DNA of 39,529 bases from Octopus bimaculoides (Eukaryota): assembly GCF_001194135.2 (NCBI RefSeq), contig NC_068987.1, positions 86,302,044 through 86,341,572 on the forward strand, in the 5' to 3' direction. Positions 24,364 through 38,360 of this stretch are shown in pieces. Each line of letters opens with the position of its first letter. Position 1 is the first letter of the stretch. The position numbers and the translations under genes are program-made. Below the pieces are notes generated by a model that was not told the origin of the DNA, ran no database searches, and saw only the letters and a list, made by a program, of their open reading frames with translations.

Positions 24364-25037
24364 AAGGCGGTGAGCTGACAAAAGCGTTACCACGAAGGAC
24401 AAAATGCTTAGATTCATTCTGTCGCGCTTTATGTTCAGGGTTCAAATTTCGCGGAGTTCAACTCTGCCATTTATCCCTTCGAGATCAATAAAATAAGTAC
24501 CAGCTGAGTTCAGGGGTCGATATAATTGATTTACCCCCTCCGCTAAATTGCTGGCCTTGTGCTAAAAAATTAAAACTAATATTTTTTACGCTATTAAGGC
24601 GACAACATGACAGAATTGTTAGCGCGCCAAGAGCAAATGCTTAACCGTATTTCGTCCGTCTTTACGTTTGGAGTTAAAATCCATCCAGGTCGATTTTACG
24701 TTCCATCATTTCGTAATTAATAAAATAAGTGCCAGTACTAAAATCGATGTAACCGACATATCCTTCCTCTAAAATTGCTTGCCTTGTACCAGATTTTGGA
24801 ACCAATATTAACTATCATTAATGTAGCGAATCGGCAGAATCGTTAGCACGCCTCATAAAGTGATTAGCAGCATTTTCGTCCGTCTTTACGCTCCGCAAAG
24901 ATCAACCTAGCCTTTCAAATTTCGGGATCAATAAAATAAGTAACATTCAAGCTCTGGGGTCGATGTAATTGACTTGTTCCTTCCCTTGAAATTGCTGGCC
25001 TTGTGCCAAAATCAGAAACTAATATTATCTATCATTA
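24364..25037 (+). mobile_element. Head-to-tail trimer of degenerate SINE family 1 units (~225 bp each)
   Basis: Units start at about 24364, 24596 and 24820; each has a gttag/gttac head, a taaaataagt(a/g) block and an aaattgct(g/t)gccttgt tail. Confidence 0.85.
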
Positions 25038-26241
25038 CAGGTTTTGTGGCAAAAATAGTTCATTGATACAATTTGCAGAATAATGAAATTGAAGAGATGC
25101 ATCCTGTTGTAAACTTGAATTCAGAACGCAGACAATGAGAACGAAATGGCTATTAGTCATTTATACAAGCATTCCACTGGTCCAGTAACGTCGCTGTCTT
25201 TTCTATCTTATTTAGGCGCAAAGCCAATATTTGTGATGAAAACGTATATCGGGTTAGTCGTATGTTTACACCAACATTGGTCTGAAAGTTAATGAAGGGT
25301 GAAAGACTAACACAGGATAATTCAACAACATCGATACAGCATCACACTTAAGATTCAGTACGTCTTACAAACTTCTTGTAAACACTTGAACTTATCTATT
25401 GATGTGTTCCAATAATAACTAGTATATTTTCCTCTACATATCTCCCTCTCTTTTCCCACTCGCTGCTCGTGCAACTGACAGATTGTATATCGTTATTTTC
25501 AGTCATGGACAAGTTATTGATACTCTCGTTATATCGTCCTCTTGTGATTACTCACTTGCCGATAAAGCAGCGATTAATTATTATAAATACCGCAGTGTTA
25601 TGGTTGCTCTAACAAAAAAATGATAAATTAGCTACCAACGAAAAACTACAAATTCTTCTTCTTCCTCCGTATGTTCTTCATATAAATCATTATGTTTAGA
25701 ACATATTGTTAGATGTATGATCAATCATTGTCATTAAATAAATTGTAGGCTTTGACTGTTTTCGATCGAAAATATAACAAATTTTTATTGAAAATGTCAC
25801 GTTTCAATACATCTATTTCGTATACTTCTAAACAACTCAATAAACCTATCATTACCTTATTAGCATTGCTAATATCAACAGTATGTATAGATTATATTTG
25901 ATCTCCTTGACACAATTTCTATTTCGGATTTAAATAATTTCATTTCATTTGGGATAATAATTGTATTGGGATAGCTATAGGTTACACAATCGCTGATACA
26001 TATTTTATTTCAACTAAAATATAGAAAGACAAATAAAGCTATGAAATCTTTTGATAATTAACTGCCAATAAAATAAAGCTTGCACCATTTTTCTCTCAAC
26101 TTCTATCCATATAATTTCGTGTTTGTGTTTGTTTGTAAGATTCTTTATGCGAAACGGTTCTGTCATTGACGAAATGCATTTTGTCTACAAGAAACGACAA
26201 CCCATTCCTGTAATTGCTAACTTTGTCAGCATTTGGAACCA

Positions 26242-26600
26242 CTAGTAGTAGTAGTAGTAGTAGTGGTAGTAGTAGTAGTAGTAATAGTAATAGAGATCNN
26301 NNNNNNNNNNNNNNNNNNNNNNNNNNNNNNNNNNNNNNNNNNNNNNNNNNNNNNNNNNNNNNNNNNNNNNAGAAAGAGGAGGGGAGAAAGAGGAGGGGAG
26401 AAAGAGGAGGGGAGAAAGAGGAGGGGAGAAAGAGGAGGGGAGATAGAGGAGAAAGGGGCAGCTCGTAGTAGCGAAAATAGTAATAACAAGAGCAGCAGTA
26501 GCAGCCGCAGTAGTAGTACATTTGGCAGTAGTAGTAGTAGTAGTTGTTGTTGTTGTAGTAGCGGCAGTAGTAGGCAGCAGCAGCAGCAGCAGCAGCGGCG
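26242..26600. repeat. Compound (TAG)n / 14-bp polypurine minisatellite / (TAG,GTT,CAG)n tract
   Basis: Five exact AGAAAGAGGAGGGG copies at 26371-26440 next to an N gap; (CAG)n at about 26575-26595. Confidence 0.92.
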
Positions 26601-27363
26601 GTGGCAGGCACCCGTTAGTCGTTCAATTAATTCATTAATCAGCTGGTTTCTCAGACTCTTTTATTCACCATTCGTAGCCACCTCAATGTCAGGCTCTCAT
26701 TCAGTCTGGCACTCTGGATCTAATTGTCTACATAACTCTACTACATAGATTAAAAATCTTTGCGAGTTGTGTGATTGATTAAGCGTGCATGATAGTGATT
26801 GTGAGAGGATTTTTGAAGTGCCCACTGTGTATATACGCATGCGCATGCATGTGTATATGCAAATGCGTAAGCCGGCGAATACACTCATTCTAGTCTCTTT
26901 TGTTTATAGACAGAAAATATTTCGATTGTTTTGACTGCTTTATAACTTTAAACCTCATTTATCTCATAACCCAAGGGAATTCACACTCATGGACAGTCGT
27001 CTACAATAGATTCTCAAACACAAATATGTCTGAGGAGGTGTATGGAGAGGCTGTGCATGTGTGAGAGTGTGTGTGTCTGTGTGTGTAAGGACGATGTGAA
27101 AACAGTTCACAATAAAATACATGATAGTCATTGCAAGGATCTCCATCGATCTCATATCCAGATAGTTACTAAAATAACTATACTGGCATGCATTCATACA
27201 CGCATAGACGTACTCGCACAAGAGAACAAACGCGCCCCTTATTAGTGGCTGTGATAGTGGAGTTTACTGCTTGCCTATTCGTTCGTCTTCCGTAATACCT
27301 ATATCTTCCAATATCCATTTTAAGGCTGAGTATGTGAAAGTGCCGATTTGTTATCTATATGTA

Positions 27364-27580
27364 AGGCGACGTACTGGAAGAAACGTTAGCACGCCAGGCG
27401 AAATGCTTAGCGGTATTTCATCTGTCTACATTCTGAGTTCGAACTCCACCGAGATCGACTTTGCCTTTCATCCTTTGGGTGTCGATAAATTGAGTTCCAA
27501 CCGCATACTGGGTTCGATCTAATCGACTGGCCCCCTCCCCCAAAATTTCGTGCCTTGTGCCTAGACTAGAAAAAGATATA
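27364..27580 (+). mobile_element. tRNA-derived SINE family 1 (B-type tail) with a 13-bp TSD
   Basis: aggcgacgtactggaagaaacgttagcacgccaggcgaaatgcttagcgg...ccttgtgcctagactagaaaaaga; TSD TTATCTATATGTA at 27351-27363 and 27581-27593. Confidence 0.92.
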
Positions 27581-27817
27581 TTATCTATATGTATATATTC
27601 TAGTATACCAGCATGTTTACCATTAGCATCATAGTAGAATAGCACCATCAGTAGTATATCAGTTTTTATTTTCTCTATATTACACACAGTGTCTTCAATT
27701 CTCTCAGCTAGATTTAGTTCGGTTTCTCCATGTAGGAAATACGCGCGCGTGTGTGTGTTTGTGCGTGTGTGTTGTGCGTGTGCACACGTTCAAGTATATG
27801 TATATTTAGTGATACCA

Positions 27818-27957
27818 AGAGAGAGACAGACAGACAGACAGAGAGAGACAGACAGACAGAGAGAGACAGACAGACAGAGAGAGACAGACAGACAGAGAGA
27901 GACAGACAGACAGAGAGAGACAGACAGACAGAGAGAGACAGACAGACAGACAGAGAG
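27818..27957. repeat. 18-bp higher-order microsatellite (AGAGAGACAGACAGACAG)n
   Basis: Direct reading; gives the RETDRQ repeats in the ORF track. Confidence 0.95.
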
Positions 27958-30900
27958 ATTCGTCTGTACATGTGTCTCTACATTGGCGTATTACATGAAC
28001 GTGTGCGTGATATTTTTATGAGAATTAACACATATGGAATATGGTATGGCATTGATATGTCCGTTTATTTGGGATGCGTGCTCTTAGCAGAAGCCCCAGT
28101 GCTGAAACAACTTTTAAAACACAGATGAATGTAGTTGATTCTGTGAACTACATGACTTCAACCGTTGCGCTGTAGACATTCTTGAAATCCCATTTCATTT
28201 GACCCATATTAATGTCGAAATGAATACATTCACACATACACAGACACACACGCAGATATGCACACATATTGGTGCTTTTCCTGAATATTACAATATATAT
28301 TTCATTCATTGTTATGAGAAACAAAGATTTAATAGAATTTAGAATTACTTTTGTGATATTGCATTGTCATATAAATATCATTTTAGTTCTTTGCTCTACC
28401 TCGACGGATAATATTTATATGTAGGAACTCATTTCATACCATCCGTGTTTCCGTCATAAAGTATTGTATTATACATCATAATAAATATTAATATGTCCGT
28501 CATCAAATATTATTCATGACTTTATCATTCATCAATGGACAAACATATATATGCACGTATAAATGTATATATTTATGTATATACATATATGTATGTGTGT
28601 GGGCCTCTGTGTGTGTGTGTGTGTTTGTGTGTGCCTGAGCATGTATGTCTAATACGTTGATAAATAATATATATATATATATTTANNNNNNNNNNNNNNN
28701 NNNNNNNNNNNNNNNNNNNNNNNNNNNNNNNNNNNNNNNNNNNNNNNNNNNNNNNNNNNNNNNNNNNNNNNNNNNNNNNNNNNNNNNNNNNNNNNNNNNN
28801 NNNNNNNNNNNNNNNNNNNNNNNNNNNNNNNNATATATATATTGTAAATTCAGCTTAATTTCGCTTCAGTTACAGTTTGAAAAGTTGTGATTACTGATTC
28901 GAATTTATCTCATCAAAAGTACAGTCAATGCTGAAATCTTTAGGAACGGAAACTAAAATCGACCTTTTAGCAAAAATTTGAAGTTACATAAATTTTCTTT
29001 GCAACCATGATGTTATTAGAGAGAGCTAAGCAAGAAAACCGGATAAATGTGTGTGTAAGTGTATGCGTGTACGTGTGAGAGCGAATGTGTGTATGCATAT
29101 TAAGACAGTGTTTTGTGCATTAGAATATAGTGCGAAATATTGGTTAACAGCAGAAATGATTTAGGAATTCTAAAGTAATACGCAATTATATTAACAGTCC
29201 ATGAGTAAATCTAGGAACCATGGAAATTTACTTTCCCAACAAATGAAGTATTTTTGATAAGATCATATGTACTACTAAGACTGTGATTCCAAACTATGGC
29301 CCCGTGGGAAACTGCTCGTATCCAAGCCGCACACAGCGTTCATCAATAGAAAGATTGGAATTTCTGCCACTTTCCCTGTCGAAATACTAAGCCCCTTTAA
29401 ATGAATGTCAAGCCGCTGATTACCCTGATGCAACGCCTTAGGCATAACCGACCCTCTCGGGGCATGTATGCTGCCAGTATAGACACCATCCTACAATCAT
29501 TGCCATTTATTGAAACCCCAAATCATTAATCAGTTTCCCGTATGTAAAGATAGATGCCACCAATCTGCTCAAACTCCATTTGGCACGCTCTAAATGAAAA
29601 CACTCAAATAAAACCTGCATCCTGCCAACATTTTCGCCGCAACTCATAGCACTAAGCATAAAGAAAAAACCTGATGTCATTTCTATCGTACTGCAATGAA
29701 TTGATCGCAGTTGGAAAATAGAAGGCATTATTTTTCTATCCAAGATTCAAAGTCACGATTCTGTCTCCAAAGATCAGACGAGGAGGGCAGTTTCGTACGC
29801 CCATGTGGATGTATATGCGTTAAGTGCTACTGTCTTTTGTTTACTAACACTTACTCAGACACATATGAACAAACACACATACATGTGTATGTGTGTATAT
29901 ATATATATATTCTTTACTTTTTTACATGTTTCATCCTTGTATGTTTATACATCCACTTTCCTTCAGAATAGTCAAACAATTGCAGTGCATTCTTGTTATT
30001 TGTCGGAAGCATTTATGATTAGATGTTTCCGCCAGTATGTTTGTTCATAAGGTGAGGTGAATAGCTTTTCGAAGGATTCTCCTACAATATTTCTTTCAGT
30101 ATATTATAGAAAAGCACTTTTGTTACACATTTTGTTCCGTTATGAGGCATAATGACCGATGAACACCATGAGCACTCATGCGGTCTTATTTATATAGTAA
30201 TCTCCTCTATTCAAAAGTGTGGCATACTTAAAAATACCTTTGAATATTAATGTTTCTTTGCTGTATTCTATTCCAGCAGTTAATTGTCTTTACCGCTACA
30301 TTTATCGTTTCCATAGTATTATCTCTACTTTTGTAAGATGACATATGTTTCGATGTGACCAACCAATCTGCTAAACATTTCGGCATTTAAATGTGTCTAA
30401 ATTGCTGGCAACTATATCATTTGCTGGTTAGGAATATTGTCTTGTATTCAAGTGTTGATTTTTTCACTTTCTAAGAATAAAGTCACGGTTTCTTCTACAG
30501 AATTTCCGTTCATTCATAAATTATGGATCTCTTGTATTCCATTATCGTTCAAAACGGCTACAAGGTTTAAAATGTTACAGAGTTCCTTGAAAATTTGTGT
30601 TGGGGCACGTTTTAAATGTCATTCTGTTGGCGTACTCAATAAGATATGAGTCTTCCTTTCTGTCATTTTCATATTAGTCCTGTTTCAATAATCGAAGGTG
30701 AGCCTTTCCTTGCGATATAAGTAAAATGCTGTATGCTTCCTTTCAACTCCTTTTCATTGGATCAACTGAGGTACTGGTTACTTTTGCTATGAAAACTCTA
30801 GCTGAGAAGATTAAATTCTTCAGCGTAGTGCCATTGGCGTAGCTTGTGCCAGCGAACGAGTTTTACGAAGTTCTTCTCACACCTATCATTTTTTCTGCCA

Positions 30901-31837
30901 TTGAATACCATTCCTTCATATTTATCATTACTATTATGTTTTGTTTTATTATTTTTCTTATGGTCACATCAATATTAACTATATTAACTATAGTGACTAT
31001 TTGACTATTGTTTTCATGTTTGATGTTAAATTTAGTGTCGAAGTTATATATTTATTATTCTTGGTATTTTTTGCAATGCTTCCCAGAGGAATTCTATAAA
31101 TTATCATCGACTGGTGTATTAGTTTTTCTCTATCTTTTTCTTTTCCGCTTTTTTATATCATGTCTGTTGTAGTTTGTTGTAGTTTGATCGGGATTTTTTC
31201 GGCGCTGATTCATTGTACAAGTAGTCGTTTCTGTTGTGATGGCTTCCAAGGTTTGCAGAGGTTAATGTATATTGTGTGTAATAGATTCTCTTGAGAAGAA
31301 TTGTTTTCATTGTCGTCAGCTTGCCATCATATGATATATATTTTTCTTTCTTACAGTGAAACCTTAGTCTGTGTTTGTTCATTTCTGGTTTGCAATGTCT
31401 TTATTTATTACTACGAATTCTGTAAAGTGTGAATTCCTGTAAACGCTGTATAAAATAAACTTCCGTATAACTTTCATTCTTAATACGTGCATTACTGCCT
31501 TTTAGTAGTGTTTGGTGATTGGCTTTATCAAGATATAGAGTGACTATTTTACGCCAACATTATCGAATATGCGTTTTATTTCAACTTTGTACATATTTCG
31601 TCGATATATAATTGTCGGCATTGCAGGTTAAAGAGCTGAAGGTACATAACATACCCATCAGTAGTGGTATACGTATAAACACAGAGAGGGATACAGACAC
31701 GCATGTATGCGTATGTGTATGCGTGCGTATGTGTATGTATGAATGAATGTTGGTACGTTCGTATGTATGTAAAAACTGATCTTGTAGCGTCATCGACAAT
31801 AAGTAGTTTTCGTACCTGCTATACTTCACTTGTTCTA

Positions 31838-31990
31838 AGCCGGTCAGATAATTGATGAGTCCGATGTAGTGCGGAAATGACTTCCAACATATGTTTGGAT
31901 CTGCATTCGCACACTGCTGAATTCAAATTTGCATTTCATCTTTACGGACAAGACAAAAATATATGAACCGTGTTGAATTGGATTTTGTCG
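31838..31990 (+). mobile_element. Possible very old SINE family 1 remnant
   Basis: Weak block matches (gctgaattcaaatttgcatttcatcttt resembles tctgagttcaaattcc..tttgcctttcatccttt). Confidence 0.35.
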
Positions 31991-33639
31991 TGTGCTGGTC
32001 AACATAAATTACGGCAGATATTTTTCTCTTTTTATTTCTTTATTTTGAGTTCTTTTGTTGTAGACCTAACCAGCCGTTTAGCAGAATAACCTGGCACCTG
32101 TGTACCTCATGCGGAGCATTCTGTATCGTAAATGTACAAACAACGCCATAGTTTTGGGACTATATCTCCTCGTTTCCTTGAAAAGCTTTGGATAATGTCC
32201 ACTAGGTCTCTCAGATTAAGCAGTACAATATTCTCTATATCTCTCTGTCAGTACTTTATACATAACAGGGTAAAAAGGGAAATATTGTGGCCTTGAAGAG
32301 TTAAATCCAGTGTCCCATCACATATTAGCAGCTACGTAGATATCTAAACAACATCAGTTTAGGTTTCTGTAATTGAAATTTTGGGCTTCATGAGTTACGT
32401 TATAATTTTATGGTCCATGAACAGATCTAATTAAGTGATCAAAACTAGATTGAAGGAAGCAATCAAATTAACAGCATATGTAATTAACAGCAAAGAAAGG
32501 GATTTCCTATCATGGCTATTTTTCTCTGCTTCATGCAGCTTCACGTTCCAGTTCCTTTTCCAATAAAACCAGTGTATGAAAGACATATCTTCTGTATGAA
32601 ATTTAATGACAATTCAGAACTTATACGGGTATCTTTATTAAACACATAATGCAATATCGGAAAGACGGGAGATTGAATGCGTGTTACAGAAATTAAATAG
32701 ATGAAATGGCATTGAATGCATTACATGTAAAGCTATCTCTCGGCTAGCCAATGATACGCTTGAAAGAACGATATCTATCGTTACAACCGAATTGACTGAA
32801 TGCAAGAAAATATCATGGAATTAATTTGTGAAAGTTAACACACAGCTTTAGCAATCATATATATAAATATATAAAAGATTTTTTTCAATATGTAAAACTA
32901 TGGAAAATGTTCCGTGGCTAACTGGAAAACAAAATAGAATGTTAGGGATTTCAATTCAAATTCCTCTACAATAGCGTAAAGGTAATCAATAATATATGTT
33001 TCGAGTTAATTACGTATTTTGTAAAGGAATACATAAGTAGAGATAATGATGAAAGATAGGATAACACTCAGTTATCTTCTTTACATAGTCATCGATCAAT
33101 ACATTATTAAAATAATATCATGCAAATTGAAATATATTAGTAATATATAAAGAGGAAAAATGGAATGATTCGTAAAAATTGTTTTTGGATACTGCAGAGC
33201 TTCATTAGTAAGTACGTTTTATGCTAGAAATATATTTTGCCTTCATAGTAAGTAACAAGGTTTAAGATAATAGAAATAAGTACTGGGTACGAAGTTTATT
33301 CAACGATAGCGCTGCAACCATTATTATTATAAATATAATAGCTTGACTATATATTATTCGATAATGAGGACATAATACATGACTATAAAGTCAGTGCTCA
33401 TACTGTCTGGAGACAGAAAATATTTTAATTCTCATGTCTCTATATAATGGTTGAGTAATCGGTTTCGACACATGAATATCTCTCAAGGCAATAGTCCTTT
33501 GTAACACGACATCGTGTCTTACCGTATTAACAATAAGTACCAATAATGTGGGGGTGCTTTTCTATAGTTGTGTATATAGGTGAATATAAAGATGTATAGA
33601 TACACATATATATATAGAAAAAAACACATATATATGAAG

Positions 33640-33672
<33 letters not shown>

Positions 33673-34078
33673 GGCGCAGGAGTGACTATGTGGGTAAGAA
33701 GTTTGCTTTCCAACCACATGGTTCCGGGTACAGGCCCACTGCGTGGCACAGTGGGCAAGCTTCTCCTTTTATAGCCTCGGGCCGACCAAGAAGCCTTGTT
33801 AGTTGATTTGGTAGATGGTAACTGAAAAAAGCCCATCGAGTGTGTTTGTGTGTGTGCATGTGTGCGTGTATGTGTTTGTGCTTGCCCCACCGCCATCACT
33901 TGACAACCGATGATGGTATGTTCATGTCCCCCGTAACTTCGCGGATTGGCAAATGAGCTCGATAAAAATAAGTACTAGGTCAACAAAGAATAAGTTCTTG
34001 GGGTGATTTCTTCGACTAAAACCCTTCAACGTGATGCTCCAGCATGGCCGCGGTCAAATGGCTGAAACACGTAAAATA
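33673..34078 (+). mobile_element. tRNA-derived SINE family 2, long copy with an internal (GT)n tract
   Basis: Head ggcgcaggagtgactatgtgggtaagaag..ggttccgggtacaggcccactgcgtggcac; the 3' part (gataaaaataagtactagg..ggggtgatttcttcgact) resembles the family 1 central block; ends ccgcggtcaaatggctgaaac. Confidence 0.85.
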
Positions 34079-34884
34079 ATGTGTGTGTGTGTGCATACCT
34101 ATATACTTATAATTACATATAAAGACATTATACATTCATATACATATATAAATTACATATTAATAGATATCGTATACATTTATAAAGAGTTAATAACATC
34201 TAAAATTATATAGAATATTTATGACAACTTCATTTTAACTGTAAGTACATAGGAAGAGTTAAATCAAACGTATGATTCCGCGTGATTTATTCGTAATATG
34301 GAATATCATGAAAATTCGTAATATGTGTATTTTCTTGTAATAAACTTAAACGAATCGAATGCATTGAGACATATATGGTTAACTGAAGCGGATATTCAAC
34401 ATATATTTCTGCTAAAAAAATACCCACTGAGTCGTCTATTTTATAGGCATATACGTGAATATCAAACGTGGTAAACATATGCAGAGCCTTGGAGATATTC
34501 TTCAAGAAATTGACTGGTTTATACCTTGCACTCTTTTAGTGATTGGTAAGCTGGAACCTGCTCTGAGACATGCCTGTACAGATATTAAATATAGGTCAAT
34601 TGAAGAATCTTGTTGTCGTTATTTCAAATTTATCTTCTAAAGATAGATTTAACCATGTAAATTCAATCATGTACGGTTACCAATTTAATTCGTCCCAATC
34701 AATAATGGTTTTACGTTAGCAAATTGCCCTTAGATTTGCTCCAGTTTTACGGCAAACATTTCAGCAGGAAACAACATTCTTCTTTCGATGCTTCAGACTA
34801 AAAATAACGAAAATTATTGTATACATAGCTGAAGTGCAGTACATCTCATCAGAAAAAAAGTTGTGAAAAGCCCATGAGCAGAAC

Positions 34885-34942
34885 ATAGAATAGAATAAAA
34901 TAGAATAGAATTAAATAGAATAGAATAGAATAGAATAGAATA
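34885..34942. repeat. (ATAGA)n pentanucleotide microsatellite, slightly interrupted
   Basis: Direct reading. Confidence 0.9.
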
Positions 34943-37020
34943 ATTCGTTAAAAAGCGGTTGGAGGGTGCATCAGAAAGAAGGAGCTGTGTGCTCTTTCAT
35001 TCGTGTGTACATATTTCACCACCAACTGGCATTGTGAAATAATAGCATCTATTATCTCTCCTCACAACATGTCTCTCATGATTCTGGTTATTATAATATG
35101 CTGCAACCTATGCAGCTTATAATTGCCCGTTTTCTTCCTTGAAAATACGCAAACACATAAACCGCATTTCAATATTAAACGTTTACCATATTCCCGTCCT
35201 CATCTTTCCTTATGAAATAATTCCGCTACCCTTTTCTTTTATGTCCATGCTTCTCTTTCATTCAGTACTTGGGTATATTCAAAATAAGTCAAATTGCATG
35301 ACCCCGGCATATGTAATGTTCACAATAGAAATTGGAACAGACATAGCATTTGCAATTCCATTTTGATTACTTTAGACAAAACCATCAACTCAAATAACTT
35401 TTGATTCATGAAAACATGATTTAATAAAAAAAAAAAGAAACTGAACATTTCTATGAAAGAACAATTTTATCTAAAGAGGCGAAAATTGAAGAAACTCTGC
35501 CGAACTCTTAGAAAGCTTGATAACCAGTATCATTGAAAATAAATATAACCGGGTGTCTGAAGATAGCAGCACAGTTCACACTAACCCTTTCGCCAAATGA
35601 AGTAGCAGTATGTTTCAACTAACGCCCCTTTTCCGTGCAAATCTTTTTGACGCAGTATTTCGAGAAACCCATATACTTAGCATCGAAAGTACACACTTCA
35701 TTCCGATTCGACCAGCATACGTTAGGTCAAAGTTGAATAATAGCAACTCCTGAAAATCATATATATAAGCTTGGCACACAGTTTAATATGTCTGTGAATA
35801 ATGTTGTCAAAACTGTGCATTATATCTTCATTTTAAATACAAGACTACCCAGGCTTGTCTGATCCTATATTAGACCGTATAATATTTCTGTAGCAATGTA
35901 TTTTTTTAACATCATAGTAATTATTAATTTTATCACATTTTAATTTTATTTTAATAGAAAATGAAACCGTTATTACAACATGTTTTACGTATAGCACTGA
36001 CAAGGCAATCATTTTCTGTTATTTTCTATCTTAATGGAACCCTGCATGGTTCTGAAAACATTAGAACTTTTTTAATTGCAAATACTACAAGATATTTCAT
36101 ATTAGTCGTGAAGTAGGTAGCAAACTGTAGCGAAATCGGACTCAGGTGTTGTAAACAAATAATGCTGATTTACATTGCCTATTCTGCTGAATCAGATGGT
36201 ACGGAATGATAGCACTGAGTATTTAGTAAGATTCAGTACACGAGCATATATAAATTGTGGCTTATACCTAGCTTGACAGCACCTACAGAATGAAACATGA
36301 CAAGTTAATCACAATTTTAACATTGGTTACTCCAACTTTTTTATTTCAACAGATTCGTTTTTAAAAATATAGGTCACGCTTGTATTTTATTTTACCTTAT
36401 TTCATCTAGCCAAAAACATCTTTTGGACATATTGAATCCTCAAGTCAGTGCCGGATGTTTATTGGTGTTCTACTCCCTGTTAGTGTTTCACGTGTGTCCA
36501 CCCATTTTTAAACTTCTCAATCTCCTCACACACCTCTACGTAGCAGGGCACTGTCCAATGAAAATCTGCACGGAATTTTAGCCCCTGAAGCAGCTCATTG
36601 ATCTATGTTCTTCCTTCCTTGCAGATTGCCAGCAGAGCGGTTTATGTTTACTCCGTAACATAAAGAAAACTCGATTGATGAAGGTCAAACATCGGTTACG
36701 TAACCATCTTTTAGCATGCGAACGCTGAAGGCAGTGCGGCAAACAAAACAAAGTCTTGGCAAAAGTACTGATATTTTTTGACTTCCCCTCGTAGTATGCA
36801 AGTCGATTACCAGCAAACTTCAGAATGGCTATAGCAGTGTTTAAAGGTGGAAGAGATTTCAAAAAAAAAAAAATTGTTTCAAATTATTGTACTGTAATAC
36901 TGACATTATTATTATATAGCCTCAGATTAGCAATGAACGATTTATGGAGTTATGGTCAAGTGGAGATCATGGACTTCCATCCTTCATTACATTCAAAGGG
37001 TGTATCTAACTGCACTATCC

Positions 37021-37129
37021 AATTTTACTTATATACAGGGGTATATAATTTTACTTATATAGTCCCTTAATATATATTATATACCCCTTAACAAGGGTAT
37101 ATAATTTTACTTATATAGTCCCTTAATAT
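37021..37129. repeat. Mixed direct and inverted short repeat
   Basis: 35-bp direct repeat GGGTATATAATTTTACTTATATAGTCCCTTAATAT at 37039-37073 and 37095-37129, separated by an inverted copy of its start (ATTATATACCCCT, 37076-37088); partial copy at 37021-37035. Confidence 0.92.
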
Positions 37130-38319
37130 GCGTGGAAAGTACTTTTCCTTTTTCATCCAATGAAAGAAATAGAGAACTGAAAAGAACATTCCAATTATAT
37201 TAAGCAACCGTATATCTACTTTGCCCACGCATTTTCAGGAAAGTGTTAACTTACTGTGTTTACTAAAGTTGTAGCAAAATTTCTCTGTCATCATCAACAC
37301 CGATGGTAACTGAGAGCTGAAGTAGTTCATCAATAAAATGAATTCTTACTGCAAAAACATGTTTTCGTACATCGCAAAAATAACAATCTATTTTGTATCG
37401 TACAGTAAATAAATATCACATTAAAACATGGTATTCATTTCTATCTTGTAGCAATAATTACGATAACTTGAAGTCATTTTAAACACGCATTGTTTTTTCA
37501 GATTCATTGATTTTTGTCGCAGTAATATTCCACACAATAATTTACTGTAATCATGACAATTTTTTGGGGATAATAGCATTTTGATTCATAGTCTAATGGA
37601 GTTATTCATGTGTGTGTTCATGTGCGTGTATGTGTGCGTGTATGCGTGCGTGTATGTGTGCGTGTGTGTGTGAATAACGTTCTTCTAACGTTTAAATGTT
37701 TACATAAGCTGTCATAAAGAGAGAATTTTAAAAGAAAACAAATGCATGTCTCGTCGCTTTAAAATTTAAATGCAAACTCCGTAAGTTTTTACCATTCTAT
37801 AGTACAATAGTTTAAGTTAGTTGATACAGAACTAAAACATAGAAATATTATCTAAATTCGGTTTGTCTCTCTGTAAAGTAACTTCATAAATAATAAAAGT
37901 ATATATATATTTTGATGCTTCGATATAGTCTGTCTAGAAATATAAAGACTTAACCAAATGAAATAATATATGACAATAATAAAATTACATTACATATGGT
38001 AGTGTTCATCATTTAACCAGACGAAAAATTATTATAGCTTCAAATAAAAAGAATGTGCAAGCAGTATAAAAACGTTTATGAGATACCTCAGGAGATTTGG
38101 AAAAATATCTTGTGCCCAATGTCATCAACGTATGAGTAATAGAAGGAAAGTTTGATAGAGTATAAGGTACTGAAAATGTGATTGGACGTAACACATATAT
38201 ATTATAGACTTCGATCACAAATTGATTCTGAAACTCACTTAATATTCTTCTTCATGTTATGCTTACACACGCACGCACTCGCACACACACACACACACAC
38301 ACATACATATGTTCATGCA

Positions 38320-38328
38320 TTGTTGTTG

Positions 38329-38360
<32 letters not shown>

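Noticed and set aside
26371-27957. CRISPR-like arrays or repeat proteins (14-bp and 18-bp units; RETDRQ, poly-Q/S/V ORFs)
   Set aside because: Units are contiguous with no unique spacers, the context is eukaryotic, and the peptides are just translations of simple repeats.
31852-31880. Hammerhead-like TTGATGAGTCCG...CGGAAA
   Set aside because: Lacks C3 and the C-GAAA register and has no helices I/III; it lies in a decayed SINE-like stretch.
33450-33500. Minus-strand GTCGAAACCG, possibly a second PLE hammerhead
   Set aside because: No CUGANGA upstream and stem II is unconvincing.
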